Both the position numbers and the translations under genes were made by a program. From positions 176,100 to 208,099 of the forward strand of contig NZ_CP020921.1 of assembly GCF_003057965.1 (NCBI RefSeq): a DNA stretch of 32,000 nucleotides, given 5' to 3'. How positions within the stretch are numbered: the first letter of the stretch is position 1; every line of letters starts with the position of its first letter. The stretch is from Thermodesulfobium acidiphilum (lineage in GTDB: Bacteria; Thermodesulfobiota; Thermodesulfobiia; Thermodesulfobiales; Thermodesulfobiaceae). Positions 1 to 9,348 of the stretch are shown here, piece by piece. The notes beneath the pieces are model-generated. The model saw only the letters and a program-made list of their open reading frames with translations. It did not search any database and was not told the DNA's origin.

Positions 1-694
1 GAACCAAACTTGAACTCTCGTTGAACACAACATCGGCAAAGTCATCCAGGTGAGTTTTTGCTTTGTTAATTATAATTAGTTTTGAATTAAACTTAAGTGC
101 TGTTTCCGGAATAGCTGCTGCAGGATAAACGCTTAAACTTGAGCCTATAACAATACAGGTTTTAGCCTGTTTTATGATATTCATCGCATTGTTAAAACTA
201 GATGGCATAGCTTCTCCAAATAGAACAACATTAGGTCCAATTGCTCCGCCGCAATTTGGGCACATTTCAACGTCATCTAAAATGCTTGATGGGAATATGG
301 CTTTACAGGTTCTGCAATATGCCTCTTCTATATTGCCGTGTATTTCTATAACTCTTTTAGAACCTGCCTTTTGGTGCAATCTATCAATATTTTGAGTTAT
401 TACACACGTTACAAGTCCTATTTCTTCTAATTTTGCGACTATTTCGTGTGATCTATTTGGGCTTGCAAGCTTTATCTTTGAGAGCCTTTCTCTATAAAAC
501 TTAATAAATTCGCTTCTTCTTTCGTATAGCGCGTCTATAGATGCAAGCGAAATAAAGTTTTCCTGGTTCCATAGTCCCGTAGGAGATCTGAAATCTGGTA
601 TGCCGGACTCAGTAGAAATGCCAGCACCAGAGAATACAACTACTTCTCCCTCTTGAACAATATCAGCTGCTTTCTTATAGTCATCGCTTGACAT
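1..694 (-). CDS. Sir2-family NAD-dependent protein deacylase (partial, C-terminus runs off the window)
   Basis: Reading frame open on the minus strand from ATG (revcomp of 692-694) to the window edge, not in the supplied ORF list. Translates to ...VVVFSGAGISTESGIPDFRSPTGLW..., ...CVITQNIDRLHQKAGSKRVIEIHGN..., two CxxC zinc pairs (CRTCKAIF / CPNCGGAIGPNVVLFGE), i.e. canonical Sir2 motifs. Confidence 0.95.
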   Translation of the reverse strand, partial: MSSDDYKKAADIVQEGEVVVFSGAGISTESGIPDFRSPTGLWNQENFISLASIDALYERRSEFIKFYRERLSKIKLASPNRSHEIVAKLEEIGLVTCVITQNIDRLHQKAGSKRVIEIHGNIEEAYCRTCKAIFPSSILDDVEMCPNCGGAIGPNVVLFGEAMPSSFNNAMNIIKQAKTCIVIGSSLSVYPAAAIPETALKFNSKLIIINKAKTHLDDFADVVFNESSSLV

Positions 695-697
695 ATC

Positions 698-1558
698 TTA
701 CACCTCGAAAGTTGAGCCAACGCCAGAAAAAATAAATCTATCCTTCAATTCGTTTGAGCATCTTGAAATCATCTCAAGTCCCGTGCAGTGTGTAAAGGCA
801 ACTCTGTCTGGATTCAAGATTTTTAGGGCTTCAATTGTCTTGTCCTGTTGTTCCTTAGATGCTGGTCCAAGATGAGATCCCCCAATAATAGCGTCTAACT
901 CCTTGCATCTCGTTGTTCTTTTGCCTTGTTCAATAATATTTATTACTCCCATATGGGCACATCCTGTCAGGACGGATAGTCTATTGTCATCTTTAAAATA
1001 TATACTCATGTCTTCTTCAAATGTATCTGATACTAATTGCCCTTTTTCATCGAGCTTTAAAAGATTTTGGTCAGTTATTTCAAAGTTGTTTGATGGTTCT
1101 ATCTGATAAGATAAAAATATGTCTTCATCAATTTTGATTGGTGAGTCTAAAAATATAAAATTGGCTCCAAGAGATTCAAGCATTTCTCTGGTAAACGGTA
1201 TTCCTATAAAAGTTATCTTCTTTGTTTTTTTGGAAAAAGTTTTCTTAAAAATATTGTGGTGAGCGTAGATTTTTATGTCCTTTCTAAGATAGTCAAGCAA
1301 AGTAAGAAGCCCACCGGTATGATCGCTGTGATTATGTGAGAGAATGATTGCATCGATATTTTTCAAATCCTTTTTAAGCCTGTGCGCATTGTTTATTAGG
1401 GCTACGCCGCTTGAACCAGTATCGTAGAGAAAGGTTTGTTTTTCGGATTCGATTAAAGCGCTAAATCCGTGTTCTGCAAGAAGATTGGCGGGTCTGGAAG
1501 AAAGAACTATATTATCTACGAGAATTGTTATTATTTTTTTACCTGTTTTTTTTTGCAT
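698..1558 (-). CDS. Metallo-beta-lactamase-fold hydrolase (dihydropterin-related MBL subfamily)
   Basis: ORF 286 aa with ILSHNHSDHTGG (HxHxDH), GCAHMGVINIIEQ and FTHCTG motifs. Stops 3 nt before the Sir2 ATG, so co-transcribed. Confidence 0.85.
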   Translation of the reverse strand: MQKKTGKKIITILVDNIVLSSRPANLLAEHGFSALIESEKQTFLYDTGSSGVALINNAHRLKKDLKNIDAIILSHNHSDHTGGLLTLLDYLRKDIKIYAHHNIFKKTFSKKTKKITFIGIPFTREMLESLGANFIFLDSPIKIDEDIFLSYQIEPSNNFEITDQNLLKLDEKGQLVSDTFEEDMSIYFKDDNRLSVLTGCAHMGVINIIEQGKRTTRCKELDAIIGGSHLGPASKEQQDKTIEALKILNPDRVAFTHCTGLEMISRCSNELKDRFIFSGVGSTFEV

Positions 1559-1900
1559 AATCTTGCCTCCTTAATTAATTTTAGATTAAGCATTAAAAGT
1601 TTTAAAAAATGCTTTCCCAAAAGCTGGCATATATCTTAGTATATAAGATCTTTATTTAAAATGATATAAAAAATAAGTAAAGCTTATTTTACTTCAAAAA
1701 TTTATTATTATAAAATTTTAATTTGTAAACTCTTGTTAAAATTGATATGTATAATTTATGAAAATTATAGAAATGTTTAAAATATCATAAATAATGTGTT
1801 TAAATTTTTTATGCGAAGGAGGGTGGTGGTCTAAATACTGTTATCCAAAAATCTTAAAAACCCTTTGTTCAGTTTGAACTAATTTTAAGGAGGAATTAAA

Positions 1901-3130
1901 TTGTCTTTGAAAGAAGAAGCACTAATTTTTCATAGAAAAACTAAAGGAAAAATATGCGTTGAGAGCAAATCAGTCATTGAAAACGTTCACGATCTTTCTT
2001 TAGCCTACAGTCCGGGTGTAGCCGAACCAGTTAAAGAGATAGCTTTTGATCCAGAAATGGCATATTATTATACTTCAAAATGGAATATGGTAGCTGTAGT
2101 TACTGATGGAAGCGCTATTTTAGGTCTTGGGAATCTTGGGGCTCTGGCATCTTTGCCTGTTATGGAAGGGAAAGCAGTGTTATTTAAAAAATTTGGAGGG
2201 GTTGATGCTTTCCCAATCTGTTTGAATACAAAGGATACTGGGAAAATAATTGAGACAGTAAAGCTTATAGAACCAGTATTTGGAGGAGTAAATCTGGAAG
2301 ACATCGGCGCTCCTAGGTGCTTCGAAATTGAAAGAGCACTTAGGGATGAACTCTCTATTCCAGTTTTTCATGACGATCAGCACGGTACGGCTGTAGTTAC
2401 TTTGGCAGGTTTACACAATGCTTTAAAGATCGTTGGAAAGAAGTTAGAAGAAGTGAAAATAGTAATAAATGGGGCGGGTGCAGCGGGTATATCTATAGCA
2501 AAACTTCTCGTTCACATGAATGCTAAAAACGTAATACTTTGTGACACAAAGGGCACAATATATCAGGAGAGAGGGCAGGGGATGAACCCTTATAAGGAAG
2601 AGATCGCGCAATTTACGAATCCTGAAATGATAAGGGGGACGCTTGCAGAAGCCATGAAAGGGGCAGATGTATTTATAGGTGTCTCGGTTAGGGATGTAGT
2701 TAATCAGAAGATGATCAAGTCTATGGCAAAAGATCCCATAATATTTGCGTGCGCAAACCCAGATCCAGAAATACACCCAAATGCTGCAAAGGAAGCTGGA
2801 GCAGCGGTGGTTGCTACAGGAAGATCTGATTTTCCTAACCAGATAAACAATGTTTTGGGTTTCCCTGGTTTGTTTAGGGGAGTTCTTGATGTTAGAGCGA
2901 GGATAATAAACGACGATATGAATGTAGCAGCAGCAGTTGCAATTGCTGATTCTGTAGAAGATGACAAACTTACTCCAGAACACATAGTTCCGTCTCCATT
3001 GGATCTTGAGATATATCCTCGCGTAGCAGCAGCAGTTGCAAGAGCTGCAATGAAGTCTGGAGTAGCTAGATTTGCAGTTTTACCAATTGATGTCGAGCTT
3101 AATGCGCGTAAATTATTAGGACTTAATTAG
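1901..3130 (+). CDS. NAD(P)-dependent malic enzyme (malate dehydrogenase, oxaloacetate-decarboxylating)
   Basis: 409 aa; LSLAYSPGVAEP, VFHDDQHGTAVV, INGAGAAGISIAKLL, ARSDFPNQINNVLGFPGLFRGVLDVRA-type motifs. TTG start with AAGGAGG RBS. Confidence 0.95.
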   Translation: MSLKEEALIFHRKTKGKICVESKSVIENVHDLSLAYSPGVAEPVKEIAFDPEMAYYYTSKWNMVAVVTDGSAILGLGNLGALASLPVMEGKAVLFKKFGGVDAFPICLNTKDTGKIIETVKLIEPVFGGVNLEDIGAPRCFEIERALRDELSIPVFHDDQHGTAVVTLAGLHNALKIVGKKLEEVKIVINGAGAAGISIAKLLVHMNAKNVILCDTKGTIYQERGQGMNPYKEEIAQFTNPEMIRGTLAEAMKGADVFIGVSVRDVVNQKMIKSMAKDPIIFACANPDPEIHPNAAKEAGAAVVATGRSDFPNQINNVLGFPGLFRGVLDVRARIINDDMNVAAAVAIADSVEDDKLTPEHIVPSPLDLEIYPRVAAAVARAAMKSGVARFAVLPIDVELNARKLLGLN

Positions 3131-3138
3131 GAGGACTT

Positions 3139-3525
3139 ATGTTAAAAGAAGTTCCAGAGCTAAAATCTTATAAAATTTTTCCAGGTAGTTTTTTGTTTTA
3201 CTTGCATAGGATTACAGGTTTATTGCTTGGCTTATACTTTTTGTTTCATATATTTTATCTTTATGGGATAAGATTTGCTGACCCATCCCTTATACCATTT
3301 TTTGAATCAATGCACGCTTTTCACGAAAGTCTTAAGATCATAATTAATCCTGGCGTTGCTTTTATTGCAGTTTTTCACGTAATGAACGGATTGAGAATTA
3401 TTGTTTTTGAATTTGAGCCCAATTTTGCCATAAAGGAAAGGCAGGTCGGATGGTTTTATTGGGTAGTTGGAATTACTATCATTGCATTTATGGTAAAGAT
3501 TGCCCAATCGATAATTTTTGGTTAG
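3139..3525 (+). CDS. sdhC: Succinate dehydrogenase/fumarate reductase cytochrome b subunit (SdhC-like)
   Basis: 128 aa hydrophobic protein, HRITGLLLGLYFLFHIFYLYG, directly upstream of sdhD/A/B. Confidence 0.8.
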   Translation: MLKEVPELKSYKIFPGSFLFYLHRITGLLLGLYFLFHIFYLYGIRFADPSLIPFFESMHAFHESLKIIINPGVAFIAVFHVMNGLRIIVFEFEPNFAIKERQVGWFYWVVGITIIAFMVKIAQSIIFG

Positions 3526-3534
3526 GAGGTTAAT

Positions 3535-3834
3535 GTGAGGTATAATCGCTTTCTTATGCGTGCAAATGCTAAAGACATGTGGTTTTGGCAGCGCGTTAGC
3601 GCTATCGCACTTATAATTTTACTTATTTTACACGTTTTTAAATTTGCACTGTTTTTTCCTGTACATGTAGCTTTTGCAGCTTTTGTTTGTGTGCATTTAT
3701 ACATTGGTATGATTGCTATTACCAGAGAATATATAAAAAAGCCAACTCTTAACACGTTCTTGAATATGTTTTATTTAGTTCTTTTTCTGGTTATGTTTTT
3801 TGCAGCTTTTAGAATTGCAGAGGTTACTTTTTAA
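3535..3834 (+). CDS. sdhD: Succinate dehydrogenase membrane anchor subunit (SdhD-like)
   Basis: 99 aa, three predicted hydrophobic helices (MWFWQRVSAIALIILLILHVFKF...), GTG start after AGGAGG, between sdhC and sdhA. Confidence 0.75.
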   Translation: MRYNRFLMRANAKDMWFWQRVSAIALIILLILHVFKFALFFPVHVAFAAFVCVHLYIGMIAITREYIKKPTLNTFLNMFYLVLFLVMFFAAFRIAEVTF

Positions 3835-3866
3835 TTATTAATTTTGATAGTTGAAAGGAGTCAGAA

Positions 3867-5651
3867 GTGAAAGATCCAAAAGTTTTAACCGAAAAGGTAG
3901 TGGATGTGCCGTTAAGAAATATCCACAAGCACGATGTTGTTATAATTGGGACGGGTCTTGCAGGTCTTTGGGCTGCTATAAAGTGTAAGAGTGCGGGACT
4001 TGATACCGCATGTATGACGAAGCTTTCTATGCCACAAAGATCGCATTCGACTGCTGCTCAGGGGGGTATAGCTGCTAGTTTGGGAAGCTTAGAAGAAGAT
4101 TATTGGGAATGGCATATGTTTGATACTGTTAAGGGATCTGACTTCTTGGCAGATCAGGATGCTGCTGAGATCTTAACAAGGGACGCTATTACTATTGTTA
4201 GAGAATACGAACATATGGGCGCTCCATTTTCCAGAACTCCTGATGGGCTTATTGCTCAGAGAAAATTTGGTGGCCATGTGAAAGACTTTGGAAGAGGGGG
4301 CCCTGTTTTAAGGGCATGTTATGCTGCTGATAGAACGGGTCACGTACTTCTTCATACTCTCTGGCAGAAGGCGCTGGAATTGGGAGTTAGGTTTTATACT
4401 GAAATGTTTGCAATAAGCCTTATATCTGATGGCCCAAAATGTGCTGGAGTAGTTACATGGGACACAAAGAATGGAGGTCTTCACGCTTTTAAAGCAAAAG
4501 CCACTCTTATTGCTACTGGAGGTTATGGTAGAGCGTGGAAGATTACTGCTACCTCTTACTCATACACTGCTGATGGTCAATATATGGCTTTGAGAGCAGG
4601 TGTTCCACTTGAGGATATGGAATTTTTCCAATTTCATCCTACAGGCTTATTTGACAGGGGTATTCTTATGACAGAAGGTTGTAGAGGAGAAGGTGGGTAT
4701 CTAATAAACGATCTGGGTGAGAGATTTATGAAAAATTATGCTCCAGAAAAGATGGAGTTAGCACCGAGAGATATAGTAAGTAGAGCTATAACAAGCGAAA
4801 TAGAGGCTGGAAGAGGTATAAATGGAGGACCATACATATATCTTGATATTAGACATTTGGGCGCTGAAATAATAAATACAAGACTACCACAAATAAGAGA
4901 GATATCAATAAAGTTTGCTGGAGTTGACCCTATACATGAACCTATACCAATAGTGCCTACTGCACATTATTCTATGGGTGGAATACCTACGGACGTAGAT
5001 GGAAGAGTTTTGTTTGACGGCAAATCACAAATTTTTTCAGGCCTGTACGCTGCAGGGGAATGCGCGTGTGTAAGCGTTCATGGTGCGAATAGACTTGGAT
5101 GTAACTCTACCCTTGATGCATCTGTATTTGGTAGACGTTGTGGTTTAACTATTGTTAAAGATTTTGCAAATCTTGAACACTTGCCCCTTGAAGAGGATAG
5201 CGCTAAGATGGCAAAAGAAGAGATAGAGTTTATATGGAATCAGAAAGGATCAATAAGACCTGAGGAAATAAGAAACGAGCTTCAGACCGGCATGCAAAAT
5301 TATGTTGCAGTTTTTAGGGAAGAAAAAGGACTTTTAAAAATGATATCCATTATAGAAGATATGCATAAAAAGATGAAAGAGATGCTTATTAGCGATAAGT
5401 CTCTTGCATATAACACTACTCTAATGGAGGCAATGGAGCTAAGACATCTGATAGCTGCAGCCGAAGCTGTAACGTATGGAGCTTTAAACAGAACAGAATC
5501 AAGAGGTGCTCAAGCAAGGCGAGATTATCCAAAAAGAGATGATGAAAACTGGCTTAAACATACTTTGTATTTTAGAGATGAATCTGGTTTTAGGTTTGAT
5601 TACAAGGATGTCAGGCTTACTAGATTTGTCCCTGAAGAGAGAAAGTATTAG
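3867..5651 (+). CDS. sdhA: Succinate dehydrogenase/fumarate reductase flavoprotein subunit
   Basis: 594 aa; VVIIGTGLAGLWAA, RSHSTAAQGGIAASLG, FFQFHPTGL, HGANRLGCNSTLDASVFGRR. Confidence 0.97.
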   Translation: MKDPKVLTEKVVDVPLRNIHKHDVVIIGTGLAGLWAAIKCKSAGLDTACMTKLSMPQRSHSTAAQGGIAASLGSLEEDYWEWHMFDTVKGSDFLADQDAAEILTRDAITIVREYEHMGAPFSRTPDGLIAQRKFGGHVKDFGRGGPVLRACYAADRTGHVLLHTLWQKALELGVRFYTEMFAISLISDGPKCAGVVTWDTKNGGLHAFKAKATLIATGGYGRAWKITATSYSYTADGQYMALRAGVPLEDMEFFQFHPTGLFDRGILMTEGCRGEGGYLINDLGERFMKNYAPEKMELAPRDIVSRAITSEIEAGRGINGGPYIYLDIRHLGAEIINTRLPQIREISIKFAGVDPIHEPIPIVPTAHYSMGGIPTDVDGRVLFDGKSQIFSGLYAAGECACVSVHGANRLGCNSTLDASVFGRRCGLTIVKDFANLEHLPLEEDSAKMAKEEIEFIWNQKGSIRPEEIRNELQTGMQNYVAVFREEKGLLKMISIIEDMHKKMKEMLISDKSLAYNTTLMEAMELRHLIAAAEAVTYGALNRTESRGAQARRDYPKRDDENWLKHTLYFRDESGFRFDYKDVRLTRFVPEERKY

Positions 5652-5660
5652 GAGGTAATT

Positions 5661-6371
5661 GTGGGAAACTTATATAAGCTTACAATTTTCAGATACGATC
5701 CAGATTCTAACAAAACATCAACCAGTAAATATGAGGTTGAGGTTACTGAGAGCCACTGGACGTTACTTGACGTTTTTAAATATATAAAAAATAACCTTGA
5801 TGATACTCTTACCTTTAGGTATTCTTGTGGTCAGGGTATTTGTGGTTCATGTGCAGTGACTGTAAACGGGAAAAGTATTCTAGCCTGTGAAACTCAAATG
5901 AAGTTTTTGGATAGCTTTGACCTTGTAATTGAACCTCTTAGGGGATTTCCTGTGATAAGAGATTTGGTTGTAGACCATAGTCTGCTGGATGAAAAGGTTA
6001 GGAGAGTAATGCCCTGGCTGGTTTGTAAAAAAGATCCGGAATCTGATAAGGAAAGGTTCCAATCTGTTGATGATAGAGCAAAACTTGATGGTCTTTATGA
6101 ATGCATAATTTGTGGTTCGTGTGTCGCAGCCTGTCCTACCTTCTGGAAAAACAAAACATTCTTAGGTCCACAGGCCCTTTTATATGCCTGTAGGTTTATG
6201 CTGGATTCCAGGGACGAGGGGAAAAACGAGAGATTCGAAATACTTGCTGATAAAGACGGCATATATGGATGTCATACTATATTTAACTGTATGGAGGTCT
6301 GTCCTAAAGAACTCAATCCGGGGAAAGCTATACTTGAGTTGAGGAAGATGTTTATGAACGAAGAATTTTAA
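5661..6371 (+). CDS. sdhB: Succinate dehydrogenase/fumarate reductase iron-sulfur subunit
   Basis: 236 aa; plant-type 2Fe-2S SCGQGICGSCAVTVNG, CIICGSCVAACPTFW and CHTIFNCMEVCPKELNPGKAI. GTG start. Confidence 0.97.
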   Translation: MGNLYKLTIFRYDPDSNKTSTSKYEVEVTESHWTLLDVFKYIKNNLDDTLTFRYSCGQGICGSCAVTVNGKSILACETQMKFLDSFDLVIEPLRGFPVIRDLVVDHSLLDEKVRRVMPWLVCKKDPESDKERFQSVDDRAKLDGLYECIICGSCVAACPTFWKNKTFLGPQALLYACRFMLDSRDEGKNERFEILADKDGIYGCHTIFNCMEVCPKELNPGKAILELRKMFMNEEF

Positions 6372-6408
6372 AACCAAAGGACGCGCTATCTTAACTTTTT
6401 TTGTCCCT

Positions 6409-6449
6409 AATGAGGATGAGGGTTTTCTTCATCCTCATTTTTGTTATCT
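6409..6449 (+). terminator. Intrinsic terminator after sdhB
   Basis: Perfect 11-bp stem AATGAGGATGA (6409-6419) / TCATCCTCATT (6429-6439), 9-nt loop, followed by a T-rich tail (TTTGTTATCTT). The stem is AT/GC mixed. Confidence 0.85.
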
Positions 6450-6522
6450 TAATTAAGATGTAAAATATCCAAAATTATATTTATAATAATCTATATTAAA
6501 TTTTATATTCTTTGGAGGAACT

Positions 6523-7872
6523 ATGCCTATTAAAGAAAGAGTGAAGTTAAGAGAGCTTTTACCAGAAGACAGGATATGTAACTACAACGAGATAGCTTTG
6601 GGATTAAATGAAAAAGAATTGGAATATGAGGCCAATAGATGTCTTCAGTGCAAGAAACCAAGTTGTATAAAGGGTTGCCCTGCAGGGTTGAATATACCAA
6701 GGTTTATAAAACTTGCTAGAGAGAAGAAATTTAACGAAGCGCTCTCTGAGATACTCGAGGTAAATCCGTTTAGCGCGACTTGTGCTAGAGTTTGCCCTTA
6801 TGGCTTTCAATGTGAGGGGAGTTGCGTTTTAAATAAGACAGGTAGACCTATAGCGATAGGAGCTATTCACAGATTTATATCTGATTACGGTGAATATCAA
6901 ATGAAGATGGTAAATGAGAGCGAAAGGATAAATGGTAAAGTTGCAATTATTGGGGGTGGCACTGCAGGTTTAAGCGCTGCTTTTGAACTTTCGAGGCATG
7001 GAGTAGACGTTGATATTTATGAATCCAGGCCAGTAATAGGAGGGCTTGCGCGCGCATGCATCCCGCCTTATAGACTTGCAAGAGAAGTTCTAGATAGAGA
7101 AATAGTATACATACTCTCTCATGGGGCTAAGATAAAAAATAATATATCTGTTGGTAAAGATATCCCCCTTAATGATTTTTTGGATATGTACGATTACGTT
7201 ATTCTTGCAGTTGGAGCAAGCAAATGTTGGTCTTTAAGGCTTTTGTCTAATGAAGGGAAAGACTTTTTCGCCTATTCAGCAATAGAGTTTATTGAAAACT
7301 ATATGTTCAGGAAAAAGGTTTTTGACAGAGGATTGAAAATTCTTATTATAGGTGGTGGCAACACCGCAATAGATGTGGGCAGGATATCAATAAGAGAGGG
7401 ACTTAATCCATTAATTGTTTATAGAAGAGGAAAGGAACAAATGCCTGCCCTTCCAAAAGAAATAGAAGAAGCAGAAGAAGAAGGTGTAAAATTCAAATTT
7501 TTTGAAGTCCCAAAGAGAGCTATAATTGAGAATAACAAGTTAAAGGGGATAGAGGCATTAAAGGCGAAGTTAGGGCCACCAGACGAAAGCGGTAGGCCTA
7601 GTTTTGAGGTTGTTGAAGGCAGTGAACACTTTATAGAAGGAGATGTTCTGGTTTCCGCTATAGGTCAGGAGGTTGACACTGAAGTTTTAACGGGTTGCGA
7701 TATTCATCTAGAAAGAGGTTTGTTGCCATACGACTTTGGTGGAAAATACAAAGATAAAGTTTTTCCTTGTGGCGATGCAGTCAGTGGGCCGTCGGTGGTT
7801 GTAAAGGCTATGAGAAGTGGACTTGAAGTTGCGAGAAAGGTCATAGGGAAACTTAAAGAGAGCACTTTCTAG
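6523..7872 (+). CDS. NAD(P)-dependent oxidoreductase, glutamate synthase small-subunit family (GltA/GltD-like; NfnB-like not excluded)
   Basis: 449 aa; CLQCKKPSCIKGCPAGLNIPRF...ATCARVCPYGFQCEGSCV, two dinucleotide-binding GxGxxG motifs (IIGGGTAGL, IIGGGNTAIDVGR), GDAVSGPSVVVKAM. Confidence 0.88.
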   Translation: MPIKERVKLRELLPEDRICNYNEIALGLNEKELEYEANRCLQCKKPSCIKGCPAGLNIPRFIKLAREKKFNEALSEILEVNPFSATCARVCPYGFQCEGSCVLNKTGRPIAIGAIHRFISDYGEYQMKMVNESERINGKVAIIGGGTAGLSAAFELSRHGVDVDIYESRPVIGGLARACIPPYRLAREVLDREIVYILSHGAKIKNNISVGKDIPLNDFLDMYDYVILAVGASKCWSLRLLSNEGKDFFAYSAIEFIENYMFRKKVFDRGLKILIIGGGNTAIDVGRISIREGLNPLIVYRRGKEQMPALPKEIEEAEEEGVKFKFFEVPKRAIIENNKLKGIEALKAKLGPPDESGRPSFEVVEGSEHFIEGDVLVSAIGQEVDTEVLTGCDIHLERGLLPYDFGGKYKDKVFPCGDAVSGPSVVVKAMRSGLEVARKVIGKLKESTF

Positions 7873-7911
7873 TTAATTTTGATTTTTTAGGGTAGATTTT
7901 AGGAGGCTTAT

Positions 7912-8751
7912 ATGAGAGATTTATCTGTTGAGTTAATTGAAGATGCTGTAAAAGAGTTAGTTATGGATGCTAACTATAATGCTCCTGAAGACGTTAAAAA
8001 GGCTTTTGATATTGCTCTTGAAAGGGAAGAATCTGAGGTAGGGAAAAAGATATTTCTTGAGTTTAAGGAGAATCATAAATTGGCATCTCGAGAAAAGCTT
8101 GGCATTTGCCAGGATACAGGTCTTGCTGTGGTATTTTTATATATTGGGCAAGACGTACACCTTGTTGGTAAAGACATATATGATGCAATTAATAGGGGTG
8201 TAGAGAGAGGGTATGCTGAAGGTTATTTAAGGAAATCAACTTGTGATCCTTTCACAAGAAAGAATTTAGGTACCAATACCCCAGCAATAGTTCATGTGAA
8301 ATTCATTCCGGGAGATAAAGTAAAAATTGTTGTTATGCCAAAGGGTGGTGGCGCAGAAAACATGAGTGCTCTAAAGATGTTTGCTCCGTCGGCTGGTCTT
8401 GAGGGAGTTATGGACTTTGTAGTTGAAACCGTTGAAAAAGCTGGGCCTAATCCTTGCCCACCTACTATTGTAGGAGTTGGAGTGGGTGGTAATTTTGAGT
8501 ATGTAGCCTTTCTGGCAAAAAGAGCTCTTCTTAGACCTGTAGGTTCAAAAAATCCCGACAGGAGGCTAAGTCGCATAGAAGAGGAATTGCTTGAGAGGAT
8601 AAATAAACTTGGGATTGGGCCTATGGGGCTTGGAGGCAGAATAACGTCTCTTGCTGTTCATTTGGAGGTTGAACCCTGTCACATAGCATCTTTACCTGTA
8701 GCGGTAAATATAGAGTGTAACGCTCACAGGCATAAGAGCATAGAATTGTAA
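7912..8751 (+). CDS. fumA: Class I fumarate hydratase, alpha subunit (fumarase/tartrate dehydratase alpha)
   Basis: 279 aa; KLASREKLGICQDTGLAVVF, GKNLGTNTPAIVH-like region, GLGGRITSLAVHLEVEPCHIASLPVAVNIECNAHRH. AGGAGG RBS. Confidence 0.9.
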   Translation: MRDLSVELIEDAVKELVMDANYNAPEDVKKAFDIALEREESEVGKKIFLEFKENHKLASREKLGICQDTGLAVVFLYIGQDVHLVGKDIYDAINRGVERGYAEGYLRKSTCDPFTRKNLGTNTPAIVHVKFIPGDKVKIVVMPKGGGAENMSALKMFAPSAGLEGVMDFVVETVEKAGPNPCPPTIVGVGVGGNFEYVAFLAKRALLRPVGSKNPDRRLSRIEEELLERINKLGIGPMGLGGRITSLAVHLEVEPCHIASLPVAVNIECNAHRHKSIEL

Positions 8752-8789
8752 TATAGCTTTTATTTATTTGTGTTGAGATTAAATAATTT

Positions 8790-9260
8790 ATGAATAAAGA
8801 GGATTACTGTAAAATATACCCGCCTGTTTTGCCATTGATTGAAAGGTTTCCAGATTTGATTAATTTGGTTAAACCTATTGAGACAATACTTGAAGAAAAC
8901 GGCATTGAGGTATCATCTATAGATTTTCCCTCTATTATGGGACTGTGTGTCAAGAAGGGTGCAAGGTCATTTATCGGATATAAAGAGGGTGTGGCAAATT
9001 ACATTAAAGAGGAAATATTGTTGCACGAGCTGACCCATTTAGTTTTGCATAATGAAAATACTCTTTGTCTTGTAGGAGATATGACAAGCAAGCTTGAACT
9101 TGAAGCATGGAAGGTTACCGCTGTAATACTAATACCGAAAAAATTTAAGTTTGAGAGCACTAAAGATGAAGATTTTTATGCAGAAAATTACCTGACCTTT
9201 GAAGAAGGATTAATTAGGTCTCCAATGCTTATAAACTTAAGAAATTCTATGAGGCTATAA
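8790..9260 (+). CDS. ImmA/IrrE-family zinc metallopeptidase-like protein
   Basis: 156 aa with EILLHELTHLVLHNENTLCLVGD...KLELEAWKVTA (HExxH + downstream E), typical of the IrrE/ImmA domain. Assigned by motif only. Confidence 0.65.
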   Translation: MNKEDYCKIYPPVLPLIERFPDLINLVKPIETILEENGIEVSSIDFPSIMGLCVKKGARSFIGYKEGVANYIKEEILLHELTHLVLHNENTLCLVGDMTSKLELEAWKVTAVILIPKKFKFESTKDEDFYAENYLTFEEGLIRSPMLINLRNSMRL

Positions 9261-9348
9261 AATTATGAATAATAAATTCCTCACTCTTCTTGTATAATTA
9301 AGTTTACTTCTAACTTGTAATAGCTTAATATATAAAAGGAGTATAAAT

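Noticed and set aside
174-395. Plus-strand ORF of 73 aa at the window start
   Set aside because: Antisense to the Sir2 reading frame, which has full family motifs.
903-1106. 67-aa plus-strand ORF
   Set aside because: Antisense shadow of the MBL-fold gene.
2068-2985. Minus-strand/alternate-frame ORFs inside malic enzyme (78, 67, 179 and 93 aa)
   Set aside because: All lie opposite or within a strongly supported malic enzyme frame, lack RBS and recognisable motifs, and have shadow-ORF composition.
8292-8576. 94-aa minus-strand ORF
   Set aside because: Antisense shadow within fumarase alpha; proline-rich nonsense-type translation, no RBS.
8790-9260. ImmA/IrrE-like gene as a marker of a prophage or integrative element
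   Set aside because: No integrase, Xre repressor, attachment-site repeats or phage genes flank it; surroundings are housekeeping genes.
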